Below are positions 51,496 through 64,000 of a stretch of DNA of 64,000 nucleotides, one piece after another. The DNA is from Rhynchobatus australiae (lineage: Eukaryota), in assembly GCA_034780895.1 (NCBI GenBank), contig JAUZTB010000001.1, forward strand, positions 94,151,131 through 94,215,130. Direction: 5' to 3'. The notes below the pieces were generated by a model. That model was not told the origin of the DNA. It was given only the letters and a program-made list of their open reading frames with translations, and made no database searches. Position 1 is the stretch's first letter. Every line of letters starts with the position of its first letter. Made by a program: the position numbers and the translations under genes.

Positions 51496-51529
51496 TGAAA
51501 GGTATGATCAATCCCATATTTAAATTTAA

Positions 51530-52240
51530 TTGACCTAGAAGCAGTTGCCATTTATGGTTTAAAAAAAACCCTGATTTCTTCCGTCCTCTGCTTGTTGAAG
51601 TGCCTCTGAAAGGTTGGCTCTGATTTTTAGACCTTGCCCCCTTGTTCTAGATTCCTCAACCAACAGTCAGTTTCTTTTTCTGTCATTTCTCCTCAGTATC
51701 TTCAAAATTGCAATCAAATATCTCCCTTCATCTACTTAATTCCAAAGAAGACAACCTTCATTTGTTTGGTGTCTCCCTGTAATTTAACACTTGGTTCAGG
51801 TGTTATTCTGGTTATTCCAGGTGTTATTCTGCCTACAAAGCAAAATATACTTGCGATAGTGCGGTACCCATTACTGCTTTTGATGCTTAATACATACAAC
51901 CAATATTTTGTACATCACCTAATTTCTGAGCATTTGTTCATCAGTTCTTGACTTCTGTAGGCCAGCATTCCATTGGCTGTTCAGATTATTTTGAGCACAT
52001 GTGCATGACACTTGAACATGTACATGAAACCCCATGTCCCTTTGGACTTCTCATGTTCCAAGCTTTTTATTGTTCATGAAGTACACTGTCCTCTCCTTTA
52101 TAAGTCTAAAGTGGATCATTGCACATTTGTCTGCTTTGAGCAAACAATGATAACTGTATTTCAATCTGTTGATAACTTTCTGTAATTTAATCCTTTCGTT
52201 TGCACTGTTTGCATTGTATCTTTGTGTAATCTGCAAACTT
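51530..52240 (-). mobile_element. Ancient CR1 fragment
   Basis: cccccttgttctagattcctc and aaagtggatcattgcacatttgtc are degenerate versions of CR1 motifs seen in other copies. Confidence 0.55.
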
Positions 52241-52794
52241 GGAAAGCAGGTAGAGAGGGAGTGAGGGAAAGACCAAGCCTGTGTGATCCGTGACTTATGA
52301 CTTTGCCTTTTTTTGTCATTTTAAATGCAACTCCAGCTGCCTGAAGAGATTCAGGTGAAGCCTGAGGACTGCTATAACTTCTTTCAGTGCTTGGTTATTG
52401 CTAACGAGATGGCCAGTATGGCTGATGCATGATGGAGACCCTGTAACTCTTTGTACATTCATACAGCAAACTTTTTAACAATCAAATTTGAGGTGAGACA
52501 AATACCAGGATCTGGCAAATACTTTACAGTCCCTTAAAAAAAAATTCATGTGTAATGCTTGAACTCATGCATAATTTTGTTCTGATTCAGCAATTTTTTT
52601 TCAAATTCATTTGGGCTTGGGTCTTGCTGTAGTGTTCTTTTGCTTAATAAATGATGAGAACTGCAGAATTTTGCTTGTAGTTGTTAGCTTAAGGGTTTAT
52701 GAAACATTTAATAAAAATTGAAGCAGTTTAAGTTGGAAAGCATTGGAGAAATTCCTGTACTTGACCTATCCTCAATAACTCACTGGTCTCATGT

Positions 52795-53710
52795 TGGAAT
52801 TGGAATTGGTTTATTATTGTCACTTGTACTGAGGTACAGTGAAAAACTTGTCTTGCTTATCATTCATACAGATCAATTTATTGCACAGTGCATTGCAGTA
52901 GTACAGTGTAAAACAATTTGGGGTGGCATGGTAGTGCAGCGGTTAGCGTGACACTATTACAGTGCCAGTGATCGGAGTTCAATTCCTGTCGCTGTCTGTA
53001 AGGAGTTTGTACGTTCTCCCATGTCTGTGTGGGTTTCCTCTGGGTGCTCTGAATTCCTCCCATGTTCCAAAACGTACGGGTAGGTTAACATGGGTTTAAA
53101 ATGGGCGGCTTGGACTTGTTGGGCCAAAAGGGGCTGTTACCATGCTTTAAATAAAATTTCTTTAAAAATTTTTAAAAAGATGCAGAGTAAAGTATCACAG
53201 CTGCAGAGAAAGTCCAATGCAGGTAGACAATAAGGTGCAAGGTCATAACGAGGTAGATTGTGAGGTCAAGAGTCCATCTTATCGTACTACAGGACAGTTC
53301 AATAGTCTTAAAACAGCAGAATAGAAGCTGTTCTTGAGCCTGGTGGTATGTGCTTTCAGGCGTTTGTATCTTCTACCTGGTAGGTGAGGGGAGATGAGAG
53401 AATGCTTGGGATGGGTGGGGTCTTTGAATATGATGGCTGCTTTACTGAGGCTGCAAGGTACAGACAAAATCCATGGAGGGGAGACTGTTATCTGTGATGT
53501 GCTCAGCTGTGTTCACAACTCTGCAGTTTCTTGCAGTCCCAGGCAGAGCAGTTGCCAAACCAAGCTGTGATGCATCCAAATAGGATGCTTTCTGTGGTCC
53601 ATCAATAAAAGTTGGTGAATGTCAAGGGCAACATTGCAAATTTCTTTATCCTTCTGAGGAAGTAGAGGTGCTAGTGGACTTTCTTGGCCTTGGCATCTGT
53701 GTGGTTGAGA
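52795..53710 (-). mobile_element. Rex1-clade LINE 3' fragment, interrupted by a V-SINE
   Basis: SKAAIIFKDPTHPKHSLISPHLPGRRYKRLKAHTTRLKNSFYSAVLRLLN, with the tail at ~52800-52860. Confidence 0.9.
52920..53178 (+). mobile_element. V-SINE (same subfamily as 32086-32340)
   Basis: ggggtggcatggtagtgcagcggttagc..ggagttcaattcc..ctgtaaggagtttgtacgttctccc..gggccaaaaggggctgttacc. Confidence 0.92.
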
Positions 53711-55139
53711 AGTGCCAGCAGTCCCATGCAAGCAAGGTTGAACAAAATCAGGGCCTACATGTGCTGGTTTTGAGGGCCTGCATGCATACATTTCTTGGGT
53801 GTTCAACTCTCCAGTAACCCAGCAAGTTATCAAGAGAAATAGATCAGGTAGTCAGGTTTGATCTGTGGTCTATGTTGATTAATTGGTATCTGTTGGTGCA
53901 GTGATCAGTTCCATATACTTAACTTTGGATGGTTAGGATGTGCAAGATTTTACTGTCTCCCTGTTTCTGACCACTAACCAGTGCTAGAAGTGTGAATGTA
54001 AAAAGATTAAAAGAGCAGAGGCTCAGACTTGACAGTGTTGTGCCTTAAAGTAAGCTGTTAATTTCATGCAGGTTCATACAAGAAGAATCAGAGGGGAAAT
54101 GATCCATTTGGATTTGTTATTTACCTTTAAGTATGAGTGCTCCTTGAAGATTTTTATTTGTGTGGCATCAAGTTTGGCTTACAGTCTCATGGCCTGACTT
54201 GGTACAAGGGGGTGTCTGTTTCGACAAAGTGGTCACAAAGTCTGAGCTGCAGGTTTATTTTTCATTCCCCAGAATGGTTTTCAGCTATGGTCTTCTGAAG
54301 TTGAGAGGTGCCAGTGTGCTGGCACACACTGCTTGAAATCATCATTTGTAAGCCAAGTCCAGAAATTGCACTTTGAGAGTAAGGTTTCCTCTTGGACTAA
54401 TAAAATTTGATTAGAAGTCTGATAGAGTTACAAGCAAGAGTGCCCTGGTATGAGATTAGTTATCATTTAATGGCTTGGAGCTCATTTAAAGTTTGGAAAT
54501 GGATAAGCTTTAATGACTGTTCAGACCACAGTACTTCATTTCAGGATTAAGTGAACCAGTTCCAAATGAGTGAAAGCCATCCAGTGTTTAACTCATGAAT
54601 GTGGCTAATGAGTCATACTTTAACGGATTATTTATATGGTCTATGGGCATTTACGACACAACTTTCGTAACTAATTATTTGCGTGAACTTTAATCTATTG
54701 TTTTACATTAAAAAGATGAAACGGGCCCTTTGATCAAGAGACCAGCAGTAGATTTTAGTTGAACTATTCAGTTTTATCACTTTTTAATGGATATTTTTTA
54801 AAGAAAATATTGTCATTTAGGTTGAGAAAGCGTTAGAATCAGAGGTTGAGGAAGTTTTGTCTCCTTATTTATTGCTGTATTTTTTCAACTGCTTTTCTTT
54901 CTAAATCTAATTAGAGCTTCATAATAATTAAATGGTTAAAAATTAATTCTGTGGACATCTGATATCAAGGTAGAAATTCTGATCAAGCAAAACCAACAGG
55001 AATCAGAATTTATAGCCCTGCATTAAATGTCTGTTCAGAAATGTATATTGTATGTTATTTAATGTGCTTAATTTTTATTGATAATAAAATGGTGCACAGA
55101 TAGATCTTTGTACTTTAGTGGGCACAGCCACAAAAAAGG

Positions 55140-55360
55140 CATTGAGTGGGTTTCTCCTGTGTGCCTGAGCCTCCTCTCACATTCCAAAGACCTGCTGCTT
55201 GAGAGGGTAACTGGATGCTGTAAGTTATCCCTGATGTAAGTAGGTGGGACACAGGCGAACTAAGGTTGAAAGCGAATAGGTTGCAATGAAATAGATGGAG
55301 AATGGTGGCTCTGAGAGTCAAGTGTTGACTCGGTGAGCCGGATGGTTTTGTTATGTAACA
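55140..55360 (+). mobile_element. Old partial V-SINE
   Basis: gtgggtttctcctgtgtgcctgagcctcctctcacattccaaagac, with the tail gctctgagagtcaagtgttgactcggtgagccggatgg. Confidence 0.65.
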
Positions 55361-56042
55361 AAATGTTTTGTATGGTTTCACGCAAACAAAATATGGTGTC
55401 TGCCTTCTGAATGGTTTTCCTCAATTCACATGCACTCGTAATTTTACCAGAGGGATGAAAATTAACATTGATGATGAAGAATAGATTTGTTGCCATCAAA
55501 AGCGACAGGGGAGTAGACTGTGCCACAGTGAATCAGCAGAGAGTGCTGCTGCCGCATAGCTTCATCACCCAGGGTTCAGTTCTGACTCAGCTGCTGTCTA
55601 TATGGGTCTTACATGAGTTGATTATTCACACGATAACTCAGAGCAACATCTCCCATCAAATTTTCTGCTTTTCATTGCCTCATTCTTTTATTAGTTCCCA
55701 TATTTCCAAAGGATGAAAGTTTCTACGAAAAAGAATCAAGTCAGCATGATGGGCCAGAGCACATTAAAATGTGAGCACTTGCTGACAGCTTGCTTCACAA
55801 CTGTGCGTGAGCACCCCTGTTTAATAAGACATAGTGCTGATTTAATAAGGCTGGAAGTGTGTACAGGTTCCAACGATGAGTGGAAATCTTTGGTCTGATC
55901 TAGTCAATTTCCCTTTCATTAACCAAACTTATTAGCTTGATCATGACTGATATTTTGGAGGTCTTGCTAAGTGCAAGACTGACAACCTAGGCTCACTTCA
56001 AGGAGTCAGAAATTGTACATATATCGATGGCTTAGTATATCA

Positions 56043-56375
56043 AGGTGGCACAATGGCGTAGCAGGTAGTGTTGCTGCCACACAGATCTGGAGACCGGGTG
56101 CCCTCTGTATGGAGTTTGCAAGTAACCGTCTGAGTTTTCCTTGGGTGCTGTGGTTTCCTCCCATATCCCAAAGATGTGCTGCTGGGTTAGTTGGCTGCTG
56201 TAAATTGCCCCTACTGCAGGTGGGTGGCAAGAGAACTGGTGGGAAGGGTGGAGAGTTGATGGGCACGTGCAATAAGATGGGTTACAGGGAAATAAATTGA
56301 GGGATAGTATTGATGCGATTGCTCTGAGAGCCAGCATAGACTTGATGGGCTGAATGGCCTCCTGTGTGTTATTGG
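56043..56375 (+). mobile_element. V-SINE with CR1 tail
   Basis: ggtggcacaatggcgtagc..tggagtttgca..gggtgctgtggtttcctcccatatcccaaaga..gatgggctgaatggcctcct. Confidence 0.85.
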
Positions 56376-57122
56376 AAAACATGAGTAATATTGAATACAT
56401 GAACAATAGACATGTTGCTTGCATGCATAGAAATGATCTTAACAGTAAAGACTTCAGCTCATCAAGTCTACGCCAGTTTTCAGGGTTACTTCATCAGTCC
56501 CATTCCTCAATTTATTTCCCTGTAATCTTTCACTTTCACGTGCCAGCAACTCTCCAACAGCACCACTCACCTCACAGCCAGCAATGCTCATTTTGAAAGA
56601 TGGCACCTGTAAACTGCAAATATATTTGTCTTCCTTCTCTTCGCCTGTTATTTTATTTTCTCCTCCCTTGAGCCATACTTCACATTTTGTCACTCCACGT
56701 TTAAAGCTTCAGTTCTCTCATTTGTCTTTGTGTTGCCGAAGTGTGAAATTCATTAGCAGAAACAATGGCCCTGATGTTCGTTGGGAGGCTGCTGGGAGTG
56801 CAATGCAGAGGGTTGGGGAACCCGGAGAGCCCAGTGATACAGAGTTTCTGCCAAATTTAATAGCAGGACATTTTTATCATTGTATTACCCAGTCCCCTGC
56901 CTTGCAGGAGGCACATTGAGAGTTTGCTGCTGAGCTTGATGATCCTTGTGAAACCTGTGCAGCCGGCATTACATCAGGATTGGGTCCTGCTGCTCCATAT
57001 ATCCATGTAAGCTAGATTCAAATAGTTAGATATTTCTCTGTCCTTGAGAAGGTCAGTGAAAGGCCATGCAACTTAGTGTCCCAGCACTGAGTGTCAGTAT
57101 GTACAAAGCAGGATAGGGCAAA

Positions 57123-57225
57123 ATTCTCTCCCTCCATTTCCCTCTATCCTTTCCCCCCCCATCCTCTCCCACTTCCCTCTGTCCTTTCCCCCCTCCCCCA
57201 TGCTCCCCCTCCCCATGCTCTCCTG
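57123..57225. repeat. C/T-rich low-complexity tract running into an N gap
   Basis: Polypyrimidine sequence with repeated ccccatgctc units. Confidence 0.8.
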
Positions 57226-58819
57226 NNNNNNNNNNNNNNNNNNNNNNNNNNNNNNNNNNNNNNNNNNNNNNNNNNNNNNNNNNNNNNNNNNNNNNNNNNN
57301 NNNNNNNNNNNNNNNNNNNNNNNNNNNNNNNNNNNNNNNNNNNNNNNNNNNNNNNNNNNNNNNNNNNNNNNNNNNNNNNNCAGTGGCAATTGCACTTGGG
57401 TCAGTTGTCATCTTCATGTATGTCTTCAAGCTGCTCTCCATTCCCCCATGTTGTTTCATTCAGATTGTTCAGCTATCAAGGGATATTGGCAAACCTTGAG
57501 CCCATCTGGAGATGGAGATTGTTCTTGTTTACTTGGATTATGAATGTGTGGAGCATTGTAGTAACCAATGCAGTGATGTCCAGTTGATTAATCACTTCTA
57601 TTGATGCATAAAGGTATGTGGGGAAACAACCATCAATGGTTGAAAGGTGGATGTCGAAGGTTTGATGTTGCACATGTATTTTGATTGTCAGAGAATAACT
57701 TTTTACCAAAGATTGATTGGATGTGCAAACATTTATAATTGAAAACATGTCCAGGGCTATAAAGATGAATACATCAAAGGAATTCTGCTTCATTCAGCTT
57801 TTTCTTTCATGGAAACCTACAGTTTCCAGACACATCGAACTAAATTCTTGAAAGAATTTTGCTTTTGATTCCTTTAGCTCTACCTTGAAGAATATTTCAA
57901 CTCATTGCTTTGAGAGCATAGAATCCTGAAATTGCCTTTTACTGATTGTCTTTTTTGAAAATTTTGTCTGCTTGAGCTTTACAAGTAACTTAAAAGCAGC
58001 TTTTTTCTCTCTTACTTCATGTTTTATTATGTAAATGTACAATGCAGTTTAATGGTAGCAGTGAAAGGTGCAGCTCGAATGAGATAAATGGATGAGCCTA
58101 AATATTGTGGGAGATCGTTTCATTCGTACATTATCATAACATCAGATCAACACAGGAAGTACACAGATAATGGTCTCATGAAGTAACATGATAGTTTATT
58201 ACAATGTTTGTTCTGTGTAATGCATATAGTAATTCTTGCATTTGCATTTCAAAGCACATTTTTATTTTAATTTTGATAAGACTTCATCTGAATTAGTTTT
58301 AGATTATTAGATTTTTTTCAATTTGTTTGTAATAGGATAAAATATTTTTTTGCTCTGGAAAAGTTTGTGTTGCTAAGTGGCAACATTTGTTGTTTTACTT
58401 TTACAATTTTTGAATGATCCATGATCATGGATTATTGTGCCTAATCATAATTCAAGAAGTACCTTTACAATGATTGTGCAAATCCCCTCAATAATCAACC
58501 CTGGGCCACACAACAACACAAGAAAAATAGGAGTTTTGTGCCATAGCTTTAACGACAGTAGAAGAGCTGGCTGGTGCAGTGCTCCAGATTCTGACTGTTC
58601 ACTTCGAGATGCAAGGTTCAAATACATGCCAATAAGATTACAACCTTTTGTATATTCTGGCTGTAAGAGTTTTATATGTAGGTTGGGCAGTGCCCAATCA
58701 AGCTGAACATGAGTCCAGAATGATCCCTATTTCACCACTAGATTGCAATCTTACTAGACTGAGCTCAGGATGGTTCCTTGTGATTGCATCTGTGCAGTTC
58801 TTGAAATCACAAGGAAAGC

Positions 58820-59015
58820 GTGCCAGTGTCTTTACTTTCTTGGAAGGGTAAGGAGGTTCGGCTTGTCACCGAACACTCTGACAAACTTCCATAGATGTAC
58901 TATTGAAAGTGGCCTGACTGGTTGCATCATGGTCCAGTACAGCAATTCAAATGCACAGGAACATTAGAAGCTGCAGAGAGTAGTGGACTCTGCCCAATAC
59001 ATCACGGGCACATAC
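58820..59015 (+). mobile_element. Rex1-clade RT fragment
   Basis: RKACQCLYFLGRVRRFGLSPNTLTNFHRCTIESGLTGCIMVQY. Confidence 0.88.
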
Positions 59016-59379
59016 CTTTTTGGTGTTGTTGTTGCAATTTTGTTGCCGAGCTTGTTGGCATTTTTCCTTCAACCACTTATAAATAACCTTTTTTAACTGT
59101 GGTATTCCATTTGTAGCTTTTGAGGTGATGCTTTATTAGTTCTGGAATTCATAAAACCATTTTAAGTGGGCATTAAGTGACTGTATTACTTTATAGCTTT
59201 TTTGGGTGTGAAAATCCGTTAAGGGACTGTATTGTGTGGAGTTATTGCAAAGCAGGAAAACAGAAAGTCAGCTTCAACTTGCTTAAAAAAAATTAATGGC
59301 CTCAATTTTGATCAGCGCAGCAGGGATTTCCCCATTCACAGCTTTGGTCAATGTCTTGTGTGAGCTGTGAGGAAAGCTC

Positions 59380-59905
59380 TTAGTTTATTGGTTTATTATT
59401 GTCACATGTAGCAGGATACAGTGAAAAGCTTTTGTTTGCGTGCCATCCGGGCAGATCATACCATACATAATTACATTGAGGTAGTAATAAGAAAAACAGA
59501 ATGCAGAATGTAGTGTTGCAGTTGCAGAGAAAGTGCAGTGCAGATCGACCAATACAGTGCAAGGACCACGATGAAGTAGATTGGGAGATCATAGTTCAAG
59601 AGTTCATCTTTTTGCTTATGAGAGGTCTGTTCAAGAGTCTGATAACAGTGGGATAGAAGTTGTCCTTGAGCCTGGTGGTTCGTGCGCTCAAGCTTTTGTA
59701 TCTTCTACCTGATGGGAGAGGGGAGAAGAGAGAATGACCAGGGTGGGCGAGGTCACTGATTATGTTGGCTGCTTTCCCGAGGCAGCAGGAAATGTGAAGT
59801 CAGTGGAGGGGAAGCTGGTTTACATGATGGATTGGGGCAACGTTCACAGCTTTCTGCAATTTCTTAGGTTCTGGGGCAGAGCAGTTGCCATGCTGAGCTG
59901 TGATG
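59380..59905 (-). mobile_element. Rex1-clade LINE 3' end
   Basis: QHGNCSAPEPKKLQKAVNVA on the minus strand, plus a tail matching 48000-48130. Confidence 0.9.
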
Positions 59906-60965
59906 TGTGGTGTCCAGCAGCTGTGNNNNNNNNNNNNNNNNNNNNNNNNNNNNNNNNNNNNNNNNNNNNNNNNNNNNNNNNNNNNNNNNNNNNNNNNNNN
60001 NNNNNNNNNNNNNNNNNNNNNNNNNGTGGTGTCCAGCAGCTGTGACATCCTTGAGGAGGCTGAGCACCCAGTCACACCGAAGAATCCTTACAGGGCAACA
60101 AACAAATCGTAAAGAGTTCTTCTTTTTAACCAGCCTCTTAAGCATTTCCAATAAAAGTAGGAGTTGAAATATCACAAGCAGAATGTATTCTATGTCATAA
60201 ATATCATAAAATCCCCTTTCTTTGCATTCAAATCCATGGAATTTTGAAATGATTATTTGAAACCCAACACGCTGAAAAATATATAATTTTAGAGTGAGAA
60301 ATTGTAAGCAGTAAATATGGCTAATTATACAATTAAATTCATCAGTTGCAACTCATTCAACAAAGATTAGCATGGTAAGAGTTTTTAACAGTGAGAATAA
60401 TTCCTCAATAAATGAAAAGAAATCACTGAATTCTGATTACCCAGGAGGAGAGAGCAACAGCACACACTGTGGTGAAGCAGATAATATCAATAACAACTTC
60501 TGGATTTCTGCATTTAACTACAGATATGCTTGCTCCAGAAATTGCTACCAGAATTTCTATGAGGGCTGGTCCCTGATTGTAAATTTACTGATTGTAAATT
60601 CCAACTCATTTTTTTTCTTCCCAGGACAGGTATTATAATTGAACCAAACACTTTTCACAAGTGACTGAGTTCACGAGACGATTTCTACAAGAGTGGTTTC
60701 AGGGGTAAAATTCAAAAAGCTGAAACTCGCTGACAGACTCTGACTCCTGAGCAGATAACTCCCAACATTCCTTCCTCTCCCTCCAGGCAGCACTTGATTA
60801 TTTTCCTCAAATTGGAAAGTTAGCGTTTCTGCCCAGAAGCTGTTCAACCAAGTAATTTACTCAGATTCCATTGGTTTAATAACATCCCACGTGTGTTACG
60901 TGGAATTCCAATATGCAAATACACAGAGACTGCAAATTTTATTTTCTCAATCTTTCTCCATTCAG

Positions 60966-61081
60966 GATTCCTGAAGGTCCCATTGACCAGGTACCAGCTG
61001 CTGGAAGAGTGCGTGCATTAGAAGAACAACTATTAAAGGCCAAAGAGCAGATTGAAAGCTATAAGAAGCATGCAGGCAATG
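60966..61081 (+). CDS. FUT8: FUT8 coding exon 2 (stem region)
   Basis: Acceptor tttctccattcag at 60965. Reads (R)[38 protein letters not shown](G), matching FUT8 IPEGPIDQ...RVRxLEEQL. 116 nt, donor G|GTAGGT. Not present in the ORF track. Confidence 0.97.
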
Positions 61082-61279
61082 GTAGGTGATTACCCTGTTC
61101 CACTGATTGAGTCCATTGTCAGGAATCCTTTGCCTTCGGGGAATGTTCAAGAGGATATTTCCTTCCTTCCTTTCACAGTGCATGTAGTGCTCTTTGTTAA
61201 CTGCTGGTTTCCCTTTGCAGCAATTGAAATTGCTAAATAATCTCCCATTATTAAATAATGTGCAGTTGCAATGATAACC

Positions 61280-61910
61280 AAGATAATATCAGGAGGAAAG
61301 CTGATTCAATGAACCAGTTACATGAACAGGAAAATGGCATATGGAATTTAATCTGGAGAAGTTGAAGCTAATGTATTTTGGGAGGGCAGACAAGACTAGG
61401 AAATACCAAATAAATGGTCAAATATGGAGAATATATTAAGGAACAGAGACATTGAAGTGCATATTTACAGATCCTCCAGGACAGATTGGTCAGCTGTCTA
61501 TAAAGGCTGGTTTACTGGCTAAGGCAAAAGCAAGGAGGTCATATTCGAATTGAGTAATACATTGAGAGAACCACGTCCAGTTCTGCTCACTGTATTACAG
61601 GAAGGATATAATAGAGAAGCTGCAGGGCAGATTCACAAGGATAGTTGCCAAAGGTAGTAAGTTATTGTAATGAGGGAAGACTGGGCTGGGTTGTGGTTAT
61701 TTTCTGTGCAACAGAGCAGGTTGAGGGGAGATTCAGTTGTGTATGAGATGATGAGAAACCTCAAGAGTGAGAAGAGAGAAGACCTACTTCCCTTACAAGA
61801 CAGGTTCAAAACTGGGAACCATAGATTTAATGTAACTAATAAAGGAGTAGGAGGAAAGCTGAGGAAAACCTTTCTCACCTGAGGAATTCTTGGGGTCTGA
61901 ACAGGTGATA
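61280..61910 (+). mobile_element. Ancient CR1 fragment in the intron between coding exons 2 and 3
   Basis: tggcatatggaatttaatctggagaag and LWLFSVQQSRLRGDSVVYEMMR..TGNHRFNV..GGKLRKTFLT. Confidence 0.78.
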
Positions 61911-62914
61911 AAAGGAAAGTTTCCTGCTTCATATCCTTTGATAATGTTGCTGAAGAGAACATTTACTTAAGGTCAGTATCTAATCGTCTGTAGCATTTAC
62001 AAAACTGATTGCAGCTTAAGCATTCAGCGTGAGAGGAAGAAGGGCGTTCTGTCAAATTGCACATAAGTTTATTTGTCCATCAAGGCTGCAATTCAAAGGC
62101 ATGTCTCTGTGCTGAGCCGCACTTGTTTCCATTTTAAGTGTGTCCAGCCCTCAATTTCGAGGCATGTTCCACCACGTGAAGAGCATGGTTGCATTGTGTA
62201 ATTTACCACTCATGGTCGAAATGCCATACACCTTTGTGTTACCGCCTGGTGCAGTCGAGATGTTGGTGTTCCCCTCACTTCCATGGAACCTGGCAGAAGC
62301 CTTAATGCACTTTTCCCAGTGGGACAATATTTGTAACAGGGTGATCTATGTTCTCAAATTAGGAGCAGAGTTTTGAACTACAAATGATGAGCATAACAAT
62401 ACATTTTGCCTTCTCTGCAATCTGTGTAGTAACCAAAAGTCCCCTGACAACCTCCTGCTTGCTTACTCGTTGACGGAGAGCCCCATTGTGATTCTAGCAT
62501 TTCAGGTCTTCCCTTTGCTCAAAAGAGCTCACTTACGATTGGGTCAGAGTAACCAAGTATGATGCCCTATGCTTTGGAGCCACTCTGCTTTATTTTGGGC
62601 AAGTGGCTGACTCAGAAAAAGCATTTTAGATTGGGTCTAGCAGATGTTATTAAGCAGGAGTTACTTGGATGTAGTAATTGTTTGGCATTTGGAGGAGTAA
62701 TGACCTCCATCTTCAACTCCCAGCACCCTCCACTGACTTCCAGTATTTGATTTAATTGAAGGTGACTGGATCACCAACTGGTTAAATATTTTTAAAAATT
62801 GCAGCTCCTCATGTACCTCAGGTCAGACCTTTTATTTAAAGGGCATATGTGGTAATGAAATAAATTGATTTGGATTTCTCACCCAGAGCTTCCTTTGTGT
62901 TACTCATGTAGCAG

Positions 62915-63077
62915 GTCCTGGGAAGGAACACGAAGAGCTGCGGCGTAAGATTGAAAATGGAGTGAAGGAGCTCTGGTTCTTTGTGCAAAATGAAGTGAAG
63001 AAAGTGAAAAAACTGGAGGGTGAAGAAGCACAAAGGCAGGCGGATGCGTTACTTGAGAACCTAGGTGACCAGCAGAG
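62915..63077 (+). CDS. FUT8: FUT8 coding exon 3 (start of coiled-coil region)
   Basis: Acceptor tagcag. Reads (G)[53 protein letters not shown](R), matching FUT8 LRRRIENGAKELWFF. 163 nt, donor AG|GTAAGG. The gene continues beyond the window. Confidence 0.97.
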
Positions 63078-64000
63078 GTAAGGACCCCACACCCCTCACT
63101 GGTGTAAACTTTTGTTTGTGTTATGGAGGCAGCTGACCTAAGGCCACTTAAGGCTCCATTAACCCTGTGAAAAACTGCGTTCATCCATCCTGATGAGATG
63201 TTACATTAGAAAATTGCCAATTTCAGATTGCATTGTACAATTTCAGCCAGTTACACGAGCATAATTGTAAAAATTCACTGCAAATTTTGGAAGTATTGCG
63301 ATTCCTTTGCAGTCCATTGTTTAACAATTAACTGCACTGCAGATCCTTGTGCAGCACACCTCAGAGCCCTGAATCATCATCACTCCATGTCTGAGGGCCC
63401 ATCTCAGACTTAAAGTTCTTCAAACAGCAATAGGAAAACTTTGTCATAAAGCAAATAGATAGCAAACATTTATTAAGCAAAAGAAACTTTTGTTTCACCT
63501 GCTTCAAAAGACAAAAGCTCTCTGGATGGATTTTCGCTAGCAATCTNNNNNNNNNNNNNNNNNNNNNNNNNNNNNNNNNNNNNNNNNNTTCTGACGTGCT
63601 GTGGAGCCTTGGTTTGATCACTGTTTTGTAATTCACCACCAGCAGGCCCTAAGTTCCAGGTTTAAATGTGGGTTAGTATGTCTTCCCAATACAGGTTCTG
63701 ATAACTGATATAATTGTAAACTCTGGGTGTATTGCCTTGGTGGTCTGGAAGAGTAAACAGATTACTCGTAGGGTGTAACTTCATTTGTCAGCCAGGGCTT
63801 TGCATTGTGCTGACACTTCTGTGTGACAATATTTTGTTAATATACACTTAGTATCTGTGCTGAGCACTTTTACTTCAGGCACAGGTATCAAAATGTATCA
63901 GAGAAAATGGAAAATTCATTGCACGTTAACCTAATAAGGTATTGGATCCTGATATGTGATGTTACCATGTTTGTCAGCTCCAGTGTGAAATTCTCTGTGA

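Larger units (their letters stand above)
11042..60965 (+). other. FUT8: FUT8 intron between coding exons 1 and 2 (~49.9 kb including N gaps)
   Basis: GT..AG ends. The flanking exons join in frame (AG|G = Arg) with no FUT8 sequence missing. Confidence 0.9.

Noticed and set aside
1-64000. CRISPR array, operon or prokaryotic defence system
   Set aside because: The DNA is clearly a vertebrate intron-rich locus, with no regularly spaced repeat-spacer array and no dense ORF cluster.

Overview
Vertebrate genomic DNA, most likely from a cartilaginous fish (shark or ray). This is inferred from the repeat content: HE1-like V-SINEs, abundant CR1/HER1-like LINEs, Rex1 and Penelope relics. The assembly is a draft with many N gaps. 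The window holds the 5' part of FUT8 (alpha-1,6-fucosyltransferase) on the + strand. Three coding exons lie at 10839-11041, 60966-61081 and 62915-63077 (203, 116 and 163 nt, all GT-AG, in frame), and the first two are separated by an intron of about 50 kb. The rest is intronic and dominated by decayed transposons, including a Mag-like Ty3/Gypsy element antisense just upstream of the ATG exon. I see no clearly new multi-gene system. The best leads are a possible circRNA and 71-aa micropeptide from the ATG exon, three uORFs, a NAGNAG acceptor, a V-SINE subfamily with a Rex1-type tail, a twin-priming-like CR1 inversion and decayed Penelope hammerhead motifs. Repeat boundaries were read by eye and are approximate.
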